From Pelagomonas calceolata (Eukaryota): a stretch of 64,000 nt of DNA. Position numbers and translations under genes: made by a program. The notes beneath the pieces are model-generated. The model made no database searches and had not been told where the DNA came from. It worked only from the letters and a program-made list of their open reading frames with translations. This document shows, in pieces, positions 1 through 9,403 of this stretch; position 1 is the stretch's first letter, and every line of letters starts with the position of its first letter. The stretch lies in the NCBI GenBank assembly GCA_918797485.1, contig CAKKNE010000003.1, positions 1 through 64,000 on the forward strand, given 5' to 3'.

Positions 1-267
1 AACCCTAACCCTAACCCTAACCCTAACCCTAACCCTAACCCTAACCCTAACCCTAACCCTAACCCTAACCCTAACCCTAACCCTAACCCTAACCCTAACC
101 CTAACCCTAACCCTAACCCTAACCCTAACCCTAACCCTAACCCTAACCCTAACCCTAACCCTAACCCTAACCCTAACCCAACCCTAACCCAACCCTAACC
201 CAACCCTAACCCAACCCTAACCCAACCCTAACCCAACCCTAACCCAACCCTAACCCAACCCTAACCC
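1..267. repeat. Telomere, (AACCCT)n = TTAGGG type, with proximal variant tract
   Basis: 29 perfect AACCCT units at 1-174, then alternating AACCC/AACCCT (11-bp period) to 267, at the window start. Confidence 0.98.
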
Positions 268-282
268 GCACTCCTGCCATCG

Positions 283-953
283 AAGACTACCCACAACCTC
301 AATCCTGACCCAGAACACTAACATCCAGCCCCAGGGCCCTTCGGGCCCTGGGGCCAGGGCCCTTCGGGCCCTGCCCGGGGAGCGGGCCCGAACCCTAACC
401 CTATTTCCCGCACCAGCCACCAAAGACTACCCATAACCTCAATCCTGACACAGAACACTAACATCCAGCCCCAGGGCCTTCGGCCCTGGGGCCAGGGCCC
501 TTCGGGCCCTGCCCGGTGAGCTGGCCCGAACCCTAACCCTATGTCCCGCACCAGCCACCAAGACGCCCGCGACTCCAATCCTGACTCCAAACACTAACAT
601 CCTGCCCCAGGGCCTTCGGCCCTGGGGCCAAGGCCCTTCGGGCCCTGCCCGGTGAGCTGGCCCGAACCCTAACCCTATGTCCCGCACCAGCCACCAAAGA
701 CTACCCACAACCTCAATCCTGACTCCAAACACTAACATCCTGCCCCAGGGCCTTCGGCCCTGGGGCCAGGGCCCTTCGGGCCCTGCCCGGTGAGCTGGCC
801 CGAACCCTAACCCTATGTCCCGCACCAGCCACCAAAGACTACCCATAACCTCAATCCTGACACAGAACACTAACATCCTGCCCCAGGGCCTTCGGCCCTG
901 GGGCCAGGGCCCTTCGGGCCCTGCCCGGTGAGCTGGCCCGAACCCTAACCCTA
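283..953. repeat. Subtelomeric satellite, about 5 copies of a ~138-bp unit
   Basis: AACCCTAACCCT recurs at 391, 529, 665, 803 and 941 (spacing 136-138). Each unit carries the same palindromes. Confidence 0.95.
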
Positions 954-1191
954 TGAATTGATTCGTATTCTCGAGCCCGAGTCGATCCATTACGTCCTAG
1001 AACTCTAAACGCGATGGGCACCCCTCTCCTCGCCCGCGTGCGCGGCTCGCGCGGGCCGAGCCCGACAACGACTGGGCTAGCCGGCTGCCAAGCCGGTTTG
1101 CTCCGGCGCTCACCCGACGCGGACGCGACGACGGCGTCGAGCGCTGCCCGAACACGTTCTTCGAGGGCCTCACATCGCGGCGTGTGCAGCC

Positions 1192-3651
1192 ATGGTCGAC
1201 GAGATGGATGCGGAGACGATGCGACTCATGCTGGACCAGGTCCTGAAGGAAAATCAGCAGCTTAAGGCGGAGATTGCGGACGTCCGGACGAGCAAAAAGT
1301 CAATGAAGAAGCTCCAGCTCCTGCCCGACCTGGACCTGGGCAAGGGCTCCGCGACGCGGTCCCTGCGCACGCCGTCCGTCGCGTCGGCGACGGCGCCGTC
1401 GCGGCGCATTCCCCTCGGCGGCAGCAAGCTGCGGCCGGCACCGCTCCGACGGCGCCGGTCGCATGACGACGACATCGCGGCGGCGTCCCCCCCGCGGGCC
1501 AGCCGCCGGCGGTCGCGGACGGCGCCGGCCGCGGAACCCGACGACGGCCCGCTCGACCTCGACGGCGAACTGCGAAGGCTCGACCGGCGAGAGAAGGCAC
1601 TGGCGACGGCCGCGGCGCGGCCGCGCAAGTCGCGCCGCGCCGTGCAAGCGGCGCCGCCTCCGGCGCGCGAAACGGCCACGCGGCTCTTCGCGTGCGGCGT
1701 CCGGGACGTCGCCGATCCGGCGGCGGCTCCGGGGGACGGCGGGCCGGCGTACGTGACGTGGCTCGCGGGCCTCGACCTCGACGAGGACGGCGGCGGCGAG
1801 ATGGACCCCGCGGGCGACTTCCTGTGCGCCGTCGCCGCGGCGGAGAGCGCCACTATCGCGGTCGCGGCCGACGGGCGCCTCGTCGGCTGGGGCGGCGGCC
1901 CGATCTTCCGGCACGGCGCCCGCGGCCACGCGCCGCGCGCCGTCGTCCAGAAGACGCTCGGCGGCCTGCGGCGAGCGCGGCTTGTCGCCTGCGGTCCGCG
2001 CCACGCCGTCGTCGCGCTCGCCGACGGGACGGTGTTCACCTGGGGCGCGGGCGCGCGCGGGCGGCTCGGGCACGGCGACTGCCGCGGCCAGACTGCGCCG
2101 AAGCGCGTCGAGGGCCTGCCCGACGGCGGGATCATCAGCGTCGCGGCCGGCGGCGCGCACACGGCGGTCGTCGTCGCGGCGGCCGGCCAGGCGGCGGGCG
2201 CCCTTTACATTTGGGGCGACGACCGCGGCGGGCAGCTGGGCCAGGGCTCCGGCGAGGACGATGACCAGCCGGTCAAGCGCGAGACGCGCAAGGCCGCGAT
2301 TCCAAAGCAGAACGACGCCGACTTTTCGACGGCTCCGGCGGCGGTCGAGTTCTTCCAGTGGCGCGGGGCTCTGATCCGGCACGTCGCGTGCGGCCTGCAC
2401 CACACGCTCGCCGTGGCCTGGGAGCCGGCCAGCGCGGGCGCGGGCGTCGTCGTCGCGCGGCTCTACGCGTGGGGCTTTGGCGACCGTGGCCGCCTCGGCA
2501 CGGGCGCCACGGGCGCGCAGAAACTGCCAGCACGCGTCTTGCTGCCGATCTGCGACGATCCGCATTCCGGGCATGTCGTCGCGGCGGCGGGCGGCGACCA
2601 GCATTCTCTCGCGCTGCTCAGCGACGGCCGCGTCTACGCGTTTGGGGACAACGAGCACGGGGCCCTCGGCCTCGGGCGCGCATCGGATCGGCCGGTGGAG
2701 TTACCGGAAGGCGTCGCGCTGCCCTTTCGGAGTGGCGGCGCCGTGCGCGTGAGCTGCGGCGCGCGGCACTCGGCCTGCGTGACGGCCTCGGGTGCGGTGC
2801 TCATGTGGGGCTTTTCCGACGAGGGTCAGCTCGGTCTCGGACCCGAAGTTGCCTCGCTCATGTCGACGCGGCGCGACGTGACGGCCAGCCCGCTCGAGTC
2901 GCCGCTGATGAGCGAGCAGCCCGGGAAGTGGGGCGCCGAGGACGTCGCGCTCGGCGTCAGGCATACCGTCGTCCTGTATAGAAATCAGAGCGCCAAGGTC
3001 TCGGGCCGCTACCTCTCGGACGCGGCCTTTGGCGACGCGGATCGCATCGCGGCTGCCGCGGTCGTGGTCGTCGCACCGACGACCCGCGACGACTTTGGCG
3101 GCCAGGAGGAAGAAGTCGTCATTAGCCCCGTGCTCGCGCCGCCCGACGACGCGAGCGAAGGCCCGACGCCCGAGCAGCTCATGCCGAACCTTTCGGCGCT
3201 TCGGTCGCGCATCGAGGCCAAGAAGAAGCGGGACGAGCAAGAGGCAAGCGCCGCGCGGACGCGGTCGGCCCACGCTTCCGCGCGGGAAGAACTGAACAAG
3301 TTCGAGCGGCTCTTCGCGCGAATGGAGGTCGAGCGGCCGCGCCCCGCGCCGCCGTCGCCGCCACCATCACCCCCGGAGCCCGAGCCGGCGCCCGAGGCGC
3401 CGCCGTCGCCGCTGCCGAAGCTCAGCCCGAAGCCAGCCGTGTCGTGGGGCGGCATCTTCTACGACGACCGCGTCGGGGACATTGACGAGTCGCTCAAGAT
3501 CAGCCACGCGGCGCGGCGCGCGCGAAGCCGGCAGCAGCGGCGCTCGGGCGACGCGTCGCCCGCCGAGGATCCGATCGCTGCCGTCTGTCGACAAGTGCGG
3601 ATGTTCGGGGAGGCGGCTTCATCATCTTCTCCGGCTCGTGGTCGTAAGTAG
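1192..3651 (+). CDS. RCC1/BLIP-II repeat protein with low-complexity termini
   Basis: 819-aa ORF with repeated RCC1 motifs (VACGPRHAV..VFTWGAGARGRLGHG; VAAGGAHT; VYAFGDNEHGALGLG). Confidence 0.9.
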   Translation: MVDEMDAETMRLMLDQVLKENQQLKAEIADVRTSKKSMKKLQLLPDLDLGKGSATRSLRTPSVASATAPSRRIPLGGSKLRPAPLRRRRSHDDDIAAASPPRASRRRSRTAPAAEPDDGPLDLDGELRRLDRREKALATAAARPRKSRRAVQAAPPPARETATRLFACGVRDVADPAAAPGDGGPAYVTWLAGLDLDEDGGGEMDPAGDFLCAVAAAESATIAVAADGRLVGWGGGPIFRHGARGHAPRAVVQKTLGGLRRARLVACGPRHAVVALADGTVFTWGAGARGRLGHGDCRGQTAPKRVEGLPDGGIISVAAGGAHTAVVVAAAGQAAGALYIWGDDRGGQLGQGSGEDDDQPVKRETRKAAIPKQNDADFSTAPAAVEFFQWRGALIRHVACGLHHTLAVAWEPASAGAGVVVARLYAWGFGDRGRLGTGATGAQKLPARVLLPICDDPHSGHVVAAAGGDQHSLALLSDGRVYAFGDNEHGALGLGRASDRPVELPEGVALPFRSGGAVRVSCGARHSACVTASGAVLMWGFSDEGQLGLGPEVASLMSTRRDVTASPLESPLMSEQPGKWGAEDVALGVRHTVVLYRNQSAKVSGRYLSDAAFGDADRIAAAAVVVVAPTTRDDFGGQEEEVVISPVLAPPDDASEGPTPEQLMPNLSALRSRIEAKKKRDEQEASAARTRSAHASAREELNKFERLFARMEVERPRPAPPSPPPSPPEPEPAPEAPPSPLPKLSPKPAVSWGGIFYDDRVGDIDESLKISHAARRARSRQQRRSGDASPAEDPIAAVCRQVRMFGEAASSSSPARGRK

Positions 3652-3808
3652 TCTTGAATTTGCCAGGTGCCTAGATAGTCACGGTGGTATCGTACCTGCT
3701 GTAAGGCCTGGCAGGGCCCGAAGAATCGAACAGGGCTCGCGACTTGAGGCCGGGACCATCTCCGGGACCGGGCCTCGAACGAATCAATTCAGAACAAAAG
3801 TTGACTTA

Positions 3809-4404
3809 TCAGTCCGTGACCATGTCGTCGTACTTCTCGAGCAACGCCGTCGCCTCGGCGTACGACTCGCACTCGAGGACCTCCGTCGTTGCGTGGTGTT
3901 CCTCGATGAAGGAGAAGAGCTCGTTGATGGCCTCGCCCAGGCGCCGCGTCGCGTCGGGGATCATCATCCTCGACTCCTCGACGACCTCGAGCATCTTCTT
4001 CACGTCGTACTCGTCCTTGGTCGGGTCGGCGCGCATGGCCTCGACGCGCGCCTCGTCCTTTTTGGTTTCGGCTTCGTAGTGCGCGACCTCCTTGACGAGG
4101 CGCCGCGCGATCGACACCTGCGCGGAGGCGACTGATGAGGTGCGAGTGGTGTGTCATGCGGCGGCGAGCGGTGTCAAGCGGCGGTATCCGGCCGAGGAGC
4201 TCCAGCGGCGTCGAGCGACGTCGCCGCGGCCGTGCGTTGAGCGCGTTCGCTCCAATTTTCGAAGGCGCGCACATCCAGGTACACGGGGGAGCGGACCTTG
4301 GTCTTACAGACTTGCGCATCCGACGGCGGTTTGAAAACTTTCTTCTGCCGCCTGGGCTTGGGCATCTCGCCCGCCGGCATCGTAGCGGACGCAATTTCGG
4401 CCAT
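3809..4404 (-). CDS. TBCA: Tubulin-specific chaperone A; 2 exons (4404-4297, 4117-3809)
   Basis: A GT-AG intron at 4296-4118 joins CKTK to VSIARRLVKE...EYDVKKMLEVVEESRMMIPD, the TBCA signature. Confidence 0.85.
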
Positions 4405-5464
4405 GGGTGCTGTCGCGTCGCAGCTGTTTGAAAACTAATCCGCGGCACTCGGATGTCAGCGCTGTGTAGTGGACGCGCTGGGCGGTTTTTGGACGGCTGC
4501 CCGTCGTCTAGAGTGTCTATGAGACGCTAGACAGCTTGGCCGGCTGAAGCTCGAGCTCTACCGCTACAGGGCTGAGTGGCTGGCCTTCTACTGCGCACGC
4601 AGCCGCTCTCGACGGCGCTCGCCTCAGTTTGGCTCGCCGAGGGCTGGCATCGCGCTGCAGGTGAAGCTGGCGAGGTTGCTGTGCAGTGGCATGCAGGCGC
4701 TGCGCCCGTCGTCGACGCGCGGGACGTCCGCACGCATGCGCGAGACCAGTTCGCGAGCGAGCGATAGCACCCGATAATAACAAAGGCGCGTCGCGGCGTC
4801 CGACTCGCGCAACCAACCCAAGCACGATGATGAACAAACTCACCTGTGTTTATGACTCCCGGAGGTAACAGACCGGTTTTCGTGATTTCACAAATTGGAT
4901 ATTCATACTGTTTGAGTGCACCGCTCGTTGATTCGATTGAACCCCCTCGGGGCGATCGCGCCGCCTTTACCGCGCCGGTCCCCGCAGGCTCCAGAGCTAC
5001 CGGTGCGCCGGAGACTCTCGCAAGCGTGCAGCGTCGCCACCCCACCTTTCGCGCCCGGCTCGTGATTATACCCTTCATGCACCACTCCGAACCGCATGTC
5101 GACGAACAACACCTATGGATAGATTTATGAAGCCTCTTTCGCTGCGACGCGGCCCGATCCAACCCAGGGGGGTGCGGCGTGTCACTGGCCTTTCCTCCGC
5201 AGGCGCATCTTCTATTCTCGAGGCGGTGACGTTTGATCAAAGGTGCGGCGCGGCGTGAAGAAACGACCCTTCGACACCGGGCCATGTCAAATTCCCGCCG
5301 GTCGTTAATCAATGAACGTGCGGAGCCGAAGTGCCCGGGAGAGCCGGACCGGGCCCTGCGAAGGGCCCCTGCGCTCGCCAACGCAAAGCCCGCCCGCGCG
5401 TCTTCGACGCCTCGCGGCTGCCGCGGTAGCGCGACAGTTCCCTGCTTCACAGGCGATCCAGCGC

Positions 5465-6325
5465 ATGCGGGCCGCGCGAGTCCTCGTCGGCGCGCGGCGC
5501 GCTGCTGCTGCTGCCGCGCGCCGCTCCCTCGCGACGTCGGACGGGCGGCGGCTCGCGCTCAGTTTTAGCGGCTCGGGCATGATGATGGCGTATCACTTCG
5601 GCATCGCCGCGACGATCGCCGAGAAGTCAAGCTTGATGGACCGCGTCGACCGCGTCCACGGCACGTCAGGAGGCGCGATCGTATCCCTCGTGCTCCTCGA
5701 AGCGCCGGAGGCCATTCGCGATTGCTTGGAGCACTATGTCTCGGGCGAGTTCTTCGAGGAGCTCCGGGCGCGCGAGGTGCTCAAGCCGCACGACGTGCTG
5801 CTGAAGCGGACGCTCGACGCCGTCGGCGTCACGCGAGACGGCGCGGCCCGGCGCCTTTCGGGCAAGCTCGTCGCGCACACGACGACGTTCGAGGACGGCC
5901 TCCTCCGGCCACGGAACGTCTCGCTGACGGACTTTGCCGACGACGCCGCCGTGTTCCGGGCCGTGTCCGCGAGCTGCTGCCTCGACTTCGTGGGAGTGGA
6001 CGTCTTCGAAGATGGTTTGTTCCACCACGACGGCGGCCTGTCGGACCCGCTGCCGGTCGACGCGACGCTGCCTACCGTCGAAGTGTCGATCCTGACGGGC
6101 GCGGGCGTCCACGCGGCACCCGGTGTCGTCGCTGCTGGTCTGGGCGCGGGCACGCAGCGGCCGCACCCGTTCCTTCGCTACGACGCCTCGCTCCTCAACG
6201 CTCGCGCATTCCTCGAGGGCGCGGTGCTGACGCGTCGACGGGCGCGCGAGCGCTTCGAGGAGGGGCTGCGCGACGGCGAGGAATTGCTGCGCCGCGACGC
6301 CGAGGAAGCGCTGTTTGTTGCTTAA
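5465..6325 (+). CDS. Patatin-like phospholipase (PNPLA type), possible mitochondrial presequence
   Basis: SFSGSG..YHFG, GTSGG nucleophile motif, DGG motif. Arg/Ala-rich N-terminus from ATG 5465. Confidence 0.85.
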   Translation: MRAARVLVGARRAAAAAARRSLATSDGRRLALSFSGSGMMMAYHFGIAATIAEKSSLMDRVDRVHGTSGGAIVSLVLLEAPEAIRDCLEHYVSGEFFEELRAREVLKPHDVLLKRTLDAVGVTRDGAARRLSGKLVAHTTTFEDGLLRPRNVSLTDFADDAAVFRAVSASCCLDFVGVDVFEDGLFHHDGGLSDPLPVDATLPTVEVSILTGAGVHAAPGVVAAGLGAGTQRPHPFLRYDASLLNARAFLEGAVLTRRRARERFEEGLRDGEELLRRDAEEALFVA

Positions 6326-6460
6326 TGATGGTATGTTTGTTTTTGACTGGTGCCAACTGGTGCGCGTCTGGACGAAGCGTGTTACAAGACTGCCAGTGGC
6401 CCGCCGGCCCGGGACGTAAAGTAAATGTACAACAGGCTTACTATGTTCACTATGGACAAA

Positions 6461-8986
6461 TCAATGCTTCTCGAGCAGGTGGAGCTGCGCGACGAGGTCC
6501 GCGTGGCCGCCACCGGTCGCCGCGTCGATGGCGTCGTGGCCCCAGCGGTCGCGGAAATGGATGTCTGCGCCGTGCTCGCACAATTTCATGACCACCGCGA
6601 CGCGCCCTTCCGCGGCAGCAAGGTGTAGGGCAGTGCGGCGGTCGTAGTCGGACGCGTCGACAGCGACGCCCGCCCGTACGAGCCGCTCCACCAATGTCAA
6701 ATCCCCCGCCGCAGCCGCCGCGCACAGCCTCGTCGCGCCCGCGACGTCATCTCCCGCGTCGGCGCCGCCGCCGGCGACCACGGCCGCCAGGCAGTCGTCC
6801 GATTCCGCGTCGACTGCAGCCAGGGCGACGCGCCGCCCGCCGCGGTCCGTGGCGGACGCGTCGGCGCCCCGCTCCAGGAGCAATACGACGCAGTCGAGGT
6901 GCTTGGCCGCCACGGCCTCGATCAGAGGCGTCTGGCCCCAGCGGTCGCGGCAGTCCACCGGGGCGCCGGCGTCGAGCAGGAGCCGGCAGGTCTTTGCGTG
7001 GCCCTCGGCGGCGGCGATGTGGAGCGCCCGCCGCTGGTCGTAGTCCGCGGCGTCCGGGTCCGCCCCGGCCCGCAGCAATCGCTGCAAGACGGCCACGTTG
7101 GCGTCGAACGCGAAGCGACAGAGCGTCCCGGCGAGGTCCGCCACGACGAGCGGCCCGCAGCGCTCCCTCAAAAAGTCCACGGCCGCTTCGGCGTCGTGTG
7201 CCTTCACCGCCGCATCGTACAACGGCGTGCCACCAAAGATATCGACGCCGTCGAGGGCGAGGCCATACTCGTCCAGGAGCCGCAGGATTTCCGTCCGCCC
7301 GTGGGCCGCCGCTAAATGCGCGGGCGAGCGCTTGTCGTAGTCGGCTAAATCGCGGTAGCGACCGCCGCGAGGCAGCCGTTCCAGCAGCCGCGCGGCGCGC
7401 TTCGCGTCGCCGCGCGCGCAGTAGTCGCAGAGCACTTCGGCCAGGGAGGCCTCGGTGCGCTGCTCCGCCGCTCGGAGCTCGTCGACCGCAGCGTCACAGG
7501 CGTCCGCGAACGCCGGGCTGAGCTCGATGCGCGCGAATGCGGCCGTGTACGCCGGGTCGTCCTCGCGCTTGAGCTCGCCGAGGCCACGCGCGTGGTGAGC
7601 GAAGGCGTTCGCGTCTCGCCGCAAGTTGCGGAGCACTATGGTCAAATCGGCGGGATCGTCGCGGAACGCTCCCTCGGGCAACGCCACCACCGAGACGGTC
7701 GTCGCGGCGACGAGCGTCCAACGCTGCAGCGCCCCGGCGAAGAACGCCTCGCAACACAGAGGAGCGCCCGGCTTGAGCGTGCCGACGACTTCGCCCCCGA
7801 CCACAACGGACACGGCGCCCGCGTGGAGTAAGTAGGCAGCAGTCGGAGCGGCGCCGGCGCCGCAGATGACCATGCCCTCCATATAAAGCGCCTCCGTCGC
7901 GCGCCCGAGCACCTCCTGCCGCGCGCGCGAGGCCACGTCCACGAAGAGGCGCGTCGTGGCGAGCATCTGCGACCAGCGCCCCTCGAACAGCACCCGCGTC
8001 CGCACCGCCGCCGGGAAGCCGTCCAAAACGTGCGTCGTGGCGGTCGTCCGGAAGACGCGCGCCTTGTAGGCCACGAGCTTTCTGCGCTCCGTCGGCTCCA
8101 CGCCGTTCGCCCGGAGGTACTTGGTCAGTTCGGTTGCTTCTTGCCGGAAGGCGGCGACCTCCTCCTCGCGCCGAAACATGGTGGAGATACTCGCGACGGT
8201 GTAGCACATCAGGCCCAGGTTGGCCACGACCGCGACGATCGTAAAGATCATCTCGGGCTGCGAGACGGGGTAGACGTCCCCGTAGCCGACCGTCGAGATC
8301 GTCGTAAAGGCCCACGACAGACTCTTGAGGTAGCGCGCCCGCAGCGGCTCGGCGTCGAGATTGATCGCGTGGTGCGCGACCCAGGTGTTGTCCGCAAAGT
8401 TCCGGCCCCGTGCGAGCAGGTAAAACAAGCATCCCTCGGTGTGGCCCGCCAGCAGGTAGAAGACCAGGTAGTCCGTCACGACGCTCACCCAGTGCGGCAG
8501 CCAGACGAGCGTGCCGAATTCCTTCAGCGCCGCCCAGCACCGCCGGAACCGGAGCATGCGCAGCAGCCCGAGCAGGCGGCCGGCGTTGAGCGGCCCGCGA
8601 CCGCGCGCGAACGCGTCCCAGGGGATCAAACCGGGCGCCCGGCCCACGTACTCGAGCCAGTCCCGCTCCAACCGCCCGCGCCATCGCAACGTCTCGTCCG
8701 GCGCCCGGACGAACGTGAGCAGCACCACGTCGCACCACGCAAACACGTCGAGGCCCCAGGCCAGCGCGTTGGCGCCCGTCGACGCGTCGCCGCAGAAGGC
8801 GAGCCTCAGCGGCGCGAGCGCGACGGCAGCCAGCGTAACGGGGGCCGACGCGAACCAGTAGCGGCGGTACCATTTAGACTCGGCATCGATGGCCCATTCC
8901 TTCTCCGGTGGTGAGGTGCTAGCGGTCACGGCGAGGGGGTCGTCGTCCTCGAGCCGGTCGGGACCGTGCTTCGTGTCGCCGTCCAT
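6461..8986 (-). CDS. Voltage-gated K+ channel with cNMP-binding domain and ankyrin repeats (AKT/SKOR-like)
   Basis: TVGYGD selectivity filter, S4 LLRMLRFRR, cNMP-like region and multiple DYDxRxxLHxAA ankyrin repeats. Confidence 0.93.
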   Translation of the reverse strand: MDGDTKHGPDRLEDDDPLAVTASTSPPEKEWAIDAESKWYRRYWFASAPVTLAAVALAPLRLAFCGDASTGANALAWGLDVFAWCDVVLLTFVRAPDETLRWRGRLERDWLEYVGRAPGLIPWDAFARGRGPLNAGRLLGLLRMLRFRRCWAALKEFGTLVWLPHWVSVVTDYLVFYLLAGHTEGCLFYLLARGRNFADNTWVAHHAINLDAEPLRARYLKSLSWAFTTISTVGYGDVYPVSQPEMIFTIVAVVANLGLMCYTVASISTMFRREEEVAAFRQEATELTKYLRANGVEPTERRKLVAYKARVFRTTATTHVLDGFPAAVRTRVLFEGRWSQMLATTRLFVDVASRARQEVLGRATEALYMEGMVICGAGAAPTAAYLLHAGAVSVVVGGEVVGTLKPGAPLCCEAFFAGALQRWTLVAATTVSVVALPEGAFRDDPADLTIVLRNLRRDANAFAHHARGLGELKREDDPAYTAAFARIELSPAFADACDAAVDELRAAEQRTEASLAEVLCDYCARGDAKRAARLLERLPRGGRYRDLADYDKRSPAHLAAAHGRTEILRLLDEYGLALDGVDIFGGTPLYDAAVKAHDAEAAVDFLRERCGPLVVADLAGTLCRFAFDANVAVLQRLLRAGADPDAADYDQRRALHIAAAEGHAKTCRLLLDAGAPVDCRDRWGQTPLIEAVAAKHLDCVVLLLERGADASATDRGGRRVALAAVDAESDDCLAAVVAGGGADAGDDVAGATRLCAAAAAGDLTLVERLVRAGVAVDASDYDRRTALHLAAAEGRVAVVMKLCEHGADIHFRDRWGHDAIDAATGGGHADLVAQLHLLEKH

Positions 8987-9170
8987 GCTCCTTGTTGGTG
9001 TGTGACCTCGCAGACTCTCAGGGGAGGCTCTCTCTTCTCATACAGAAGGAGGGGGAGGAGAGCCTTTGGTGTGGGACCGCCGGCTGCAGCACGTCGGGGC
9101 AGCACCTACGACATATTAGATACTGCCCATCGCTTAGATACTGCCCCGAGGGAACTCCCGAGGGTCGGCA

Positions 9171-9193
9171 GCTAGCGGCTGTAAGACTCTAGC
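9171..9193 (+). promoter_or_regulatory. Conserved intergenic motif, copy 1
   Basis: GCTAGCGGCTGTAAGACTCTAGC, between the divergent K+ channel and LIG4 starts. Confidence 0.6.
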
Positions 9194-9403
9194 CTCCCCA
9201 GGCCGAACCGCTCCTGCGACCGAGCCAGCCTGGAGCAGCGTGCCGGGCAGGACCTACGGCGCAAGAAACACTGTAAAAGCATAGCTCAGAGCACAACTCT
9301 CGAGCCCTGCGCAGAACTAATCAGCGCGGGCCGTCTCACACTCAAAACTAGCAGCGCACGCCAGGCGGCGCGCGAGACCCGCGACGGTATCAAAAAGACA
9401 CAG

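Noticed and set aside
318..990. Repetitive ORFs over the subtelomeric satellite, and a CRISPR-like appearance
   Set aside because: The ORFs arise from the 138-bp (multiple of 3) period. Units are near-identical end to end, with no unique spacers and no cas genes.
4118..4296. TBCA intron as an introner
   Set aside because: Similar size class, but no TIR and no 8-bp TSD match.
9116..9146. 13-bp direct repeat TTAGATACTGCCC twice in the divergent promoter
   Set aside because: A single local duplication not seen elsewhere in the window; no function can be supported.
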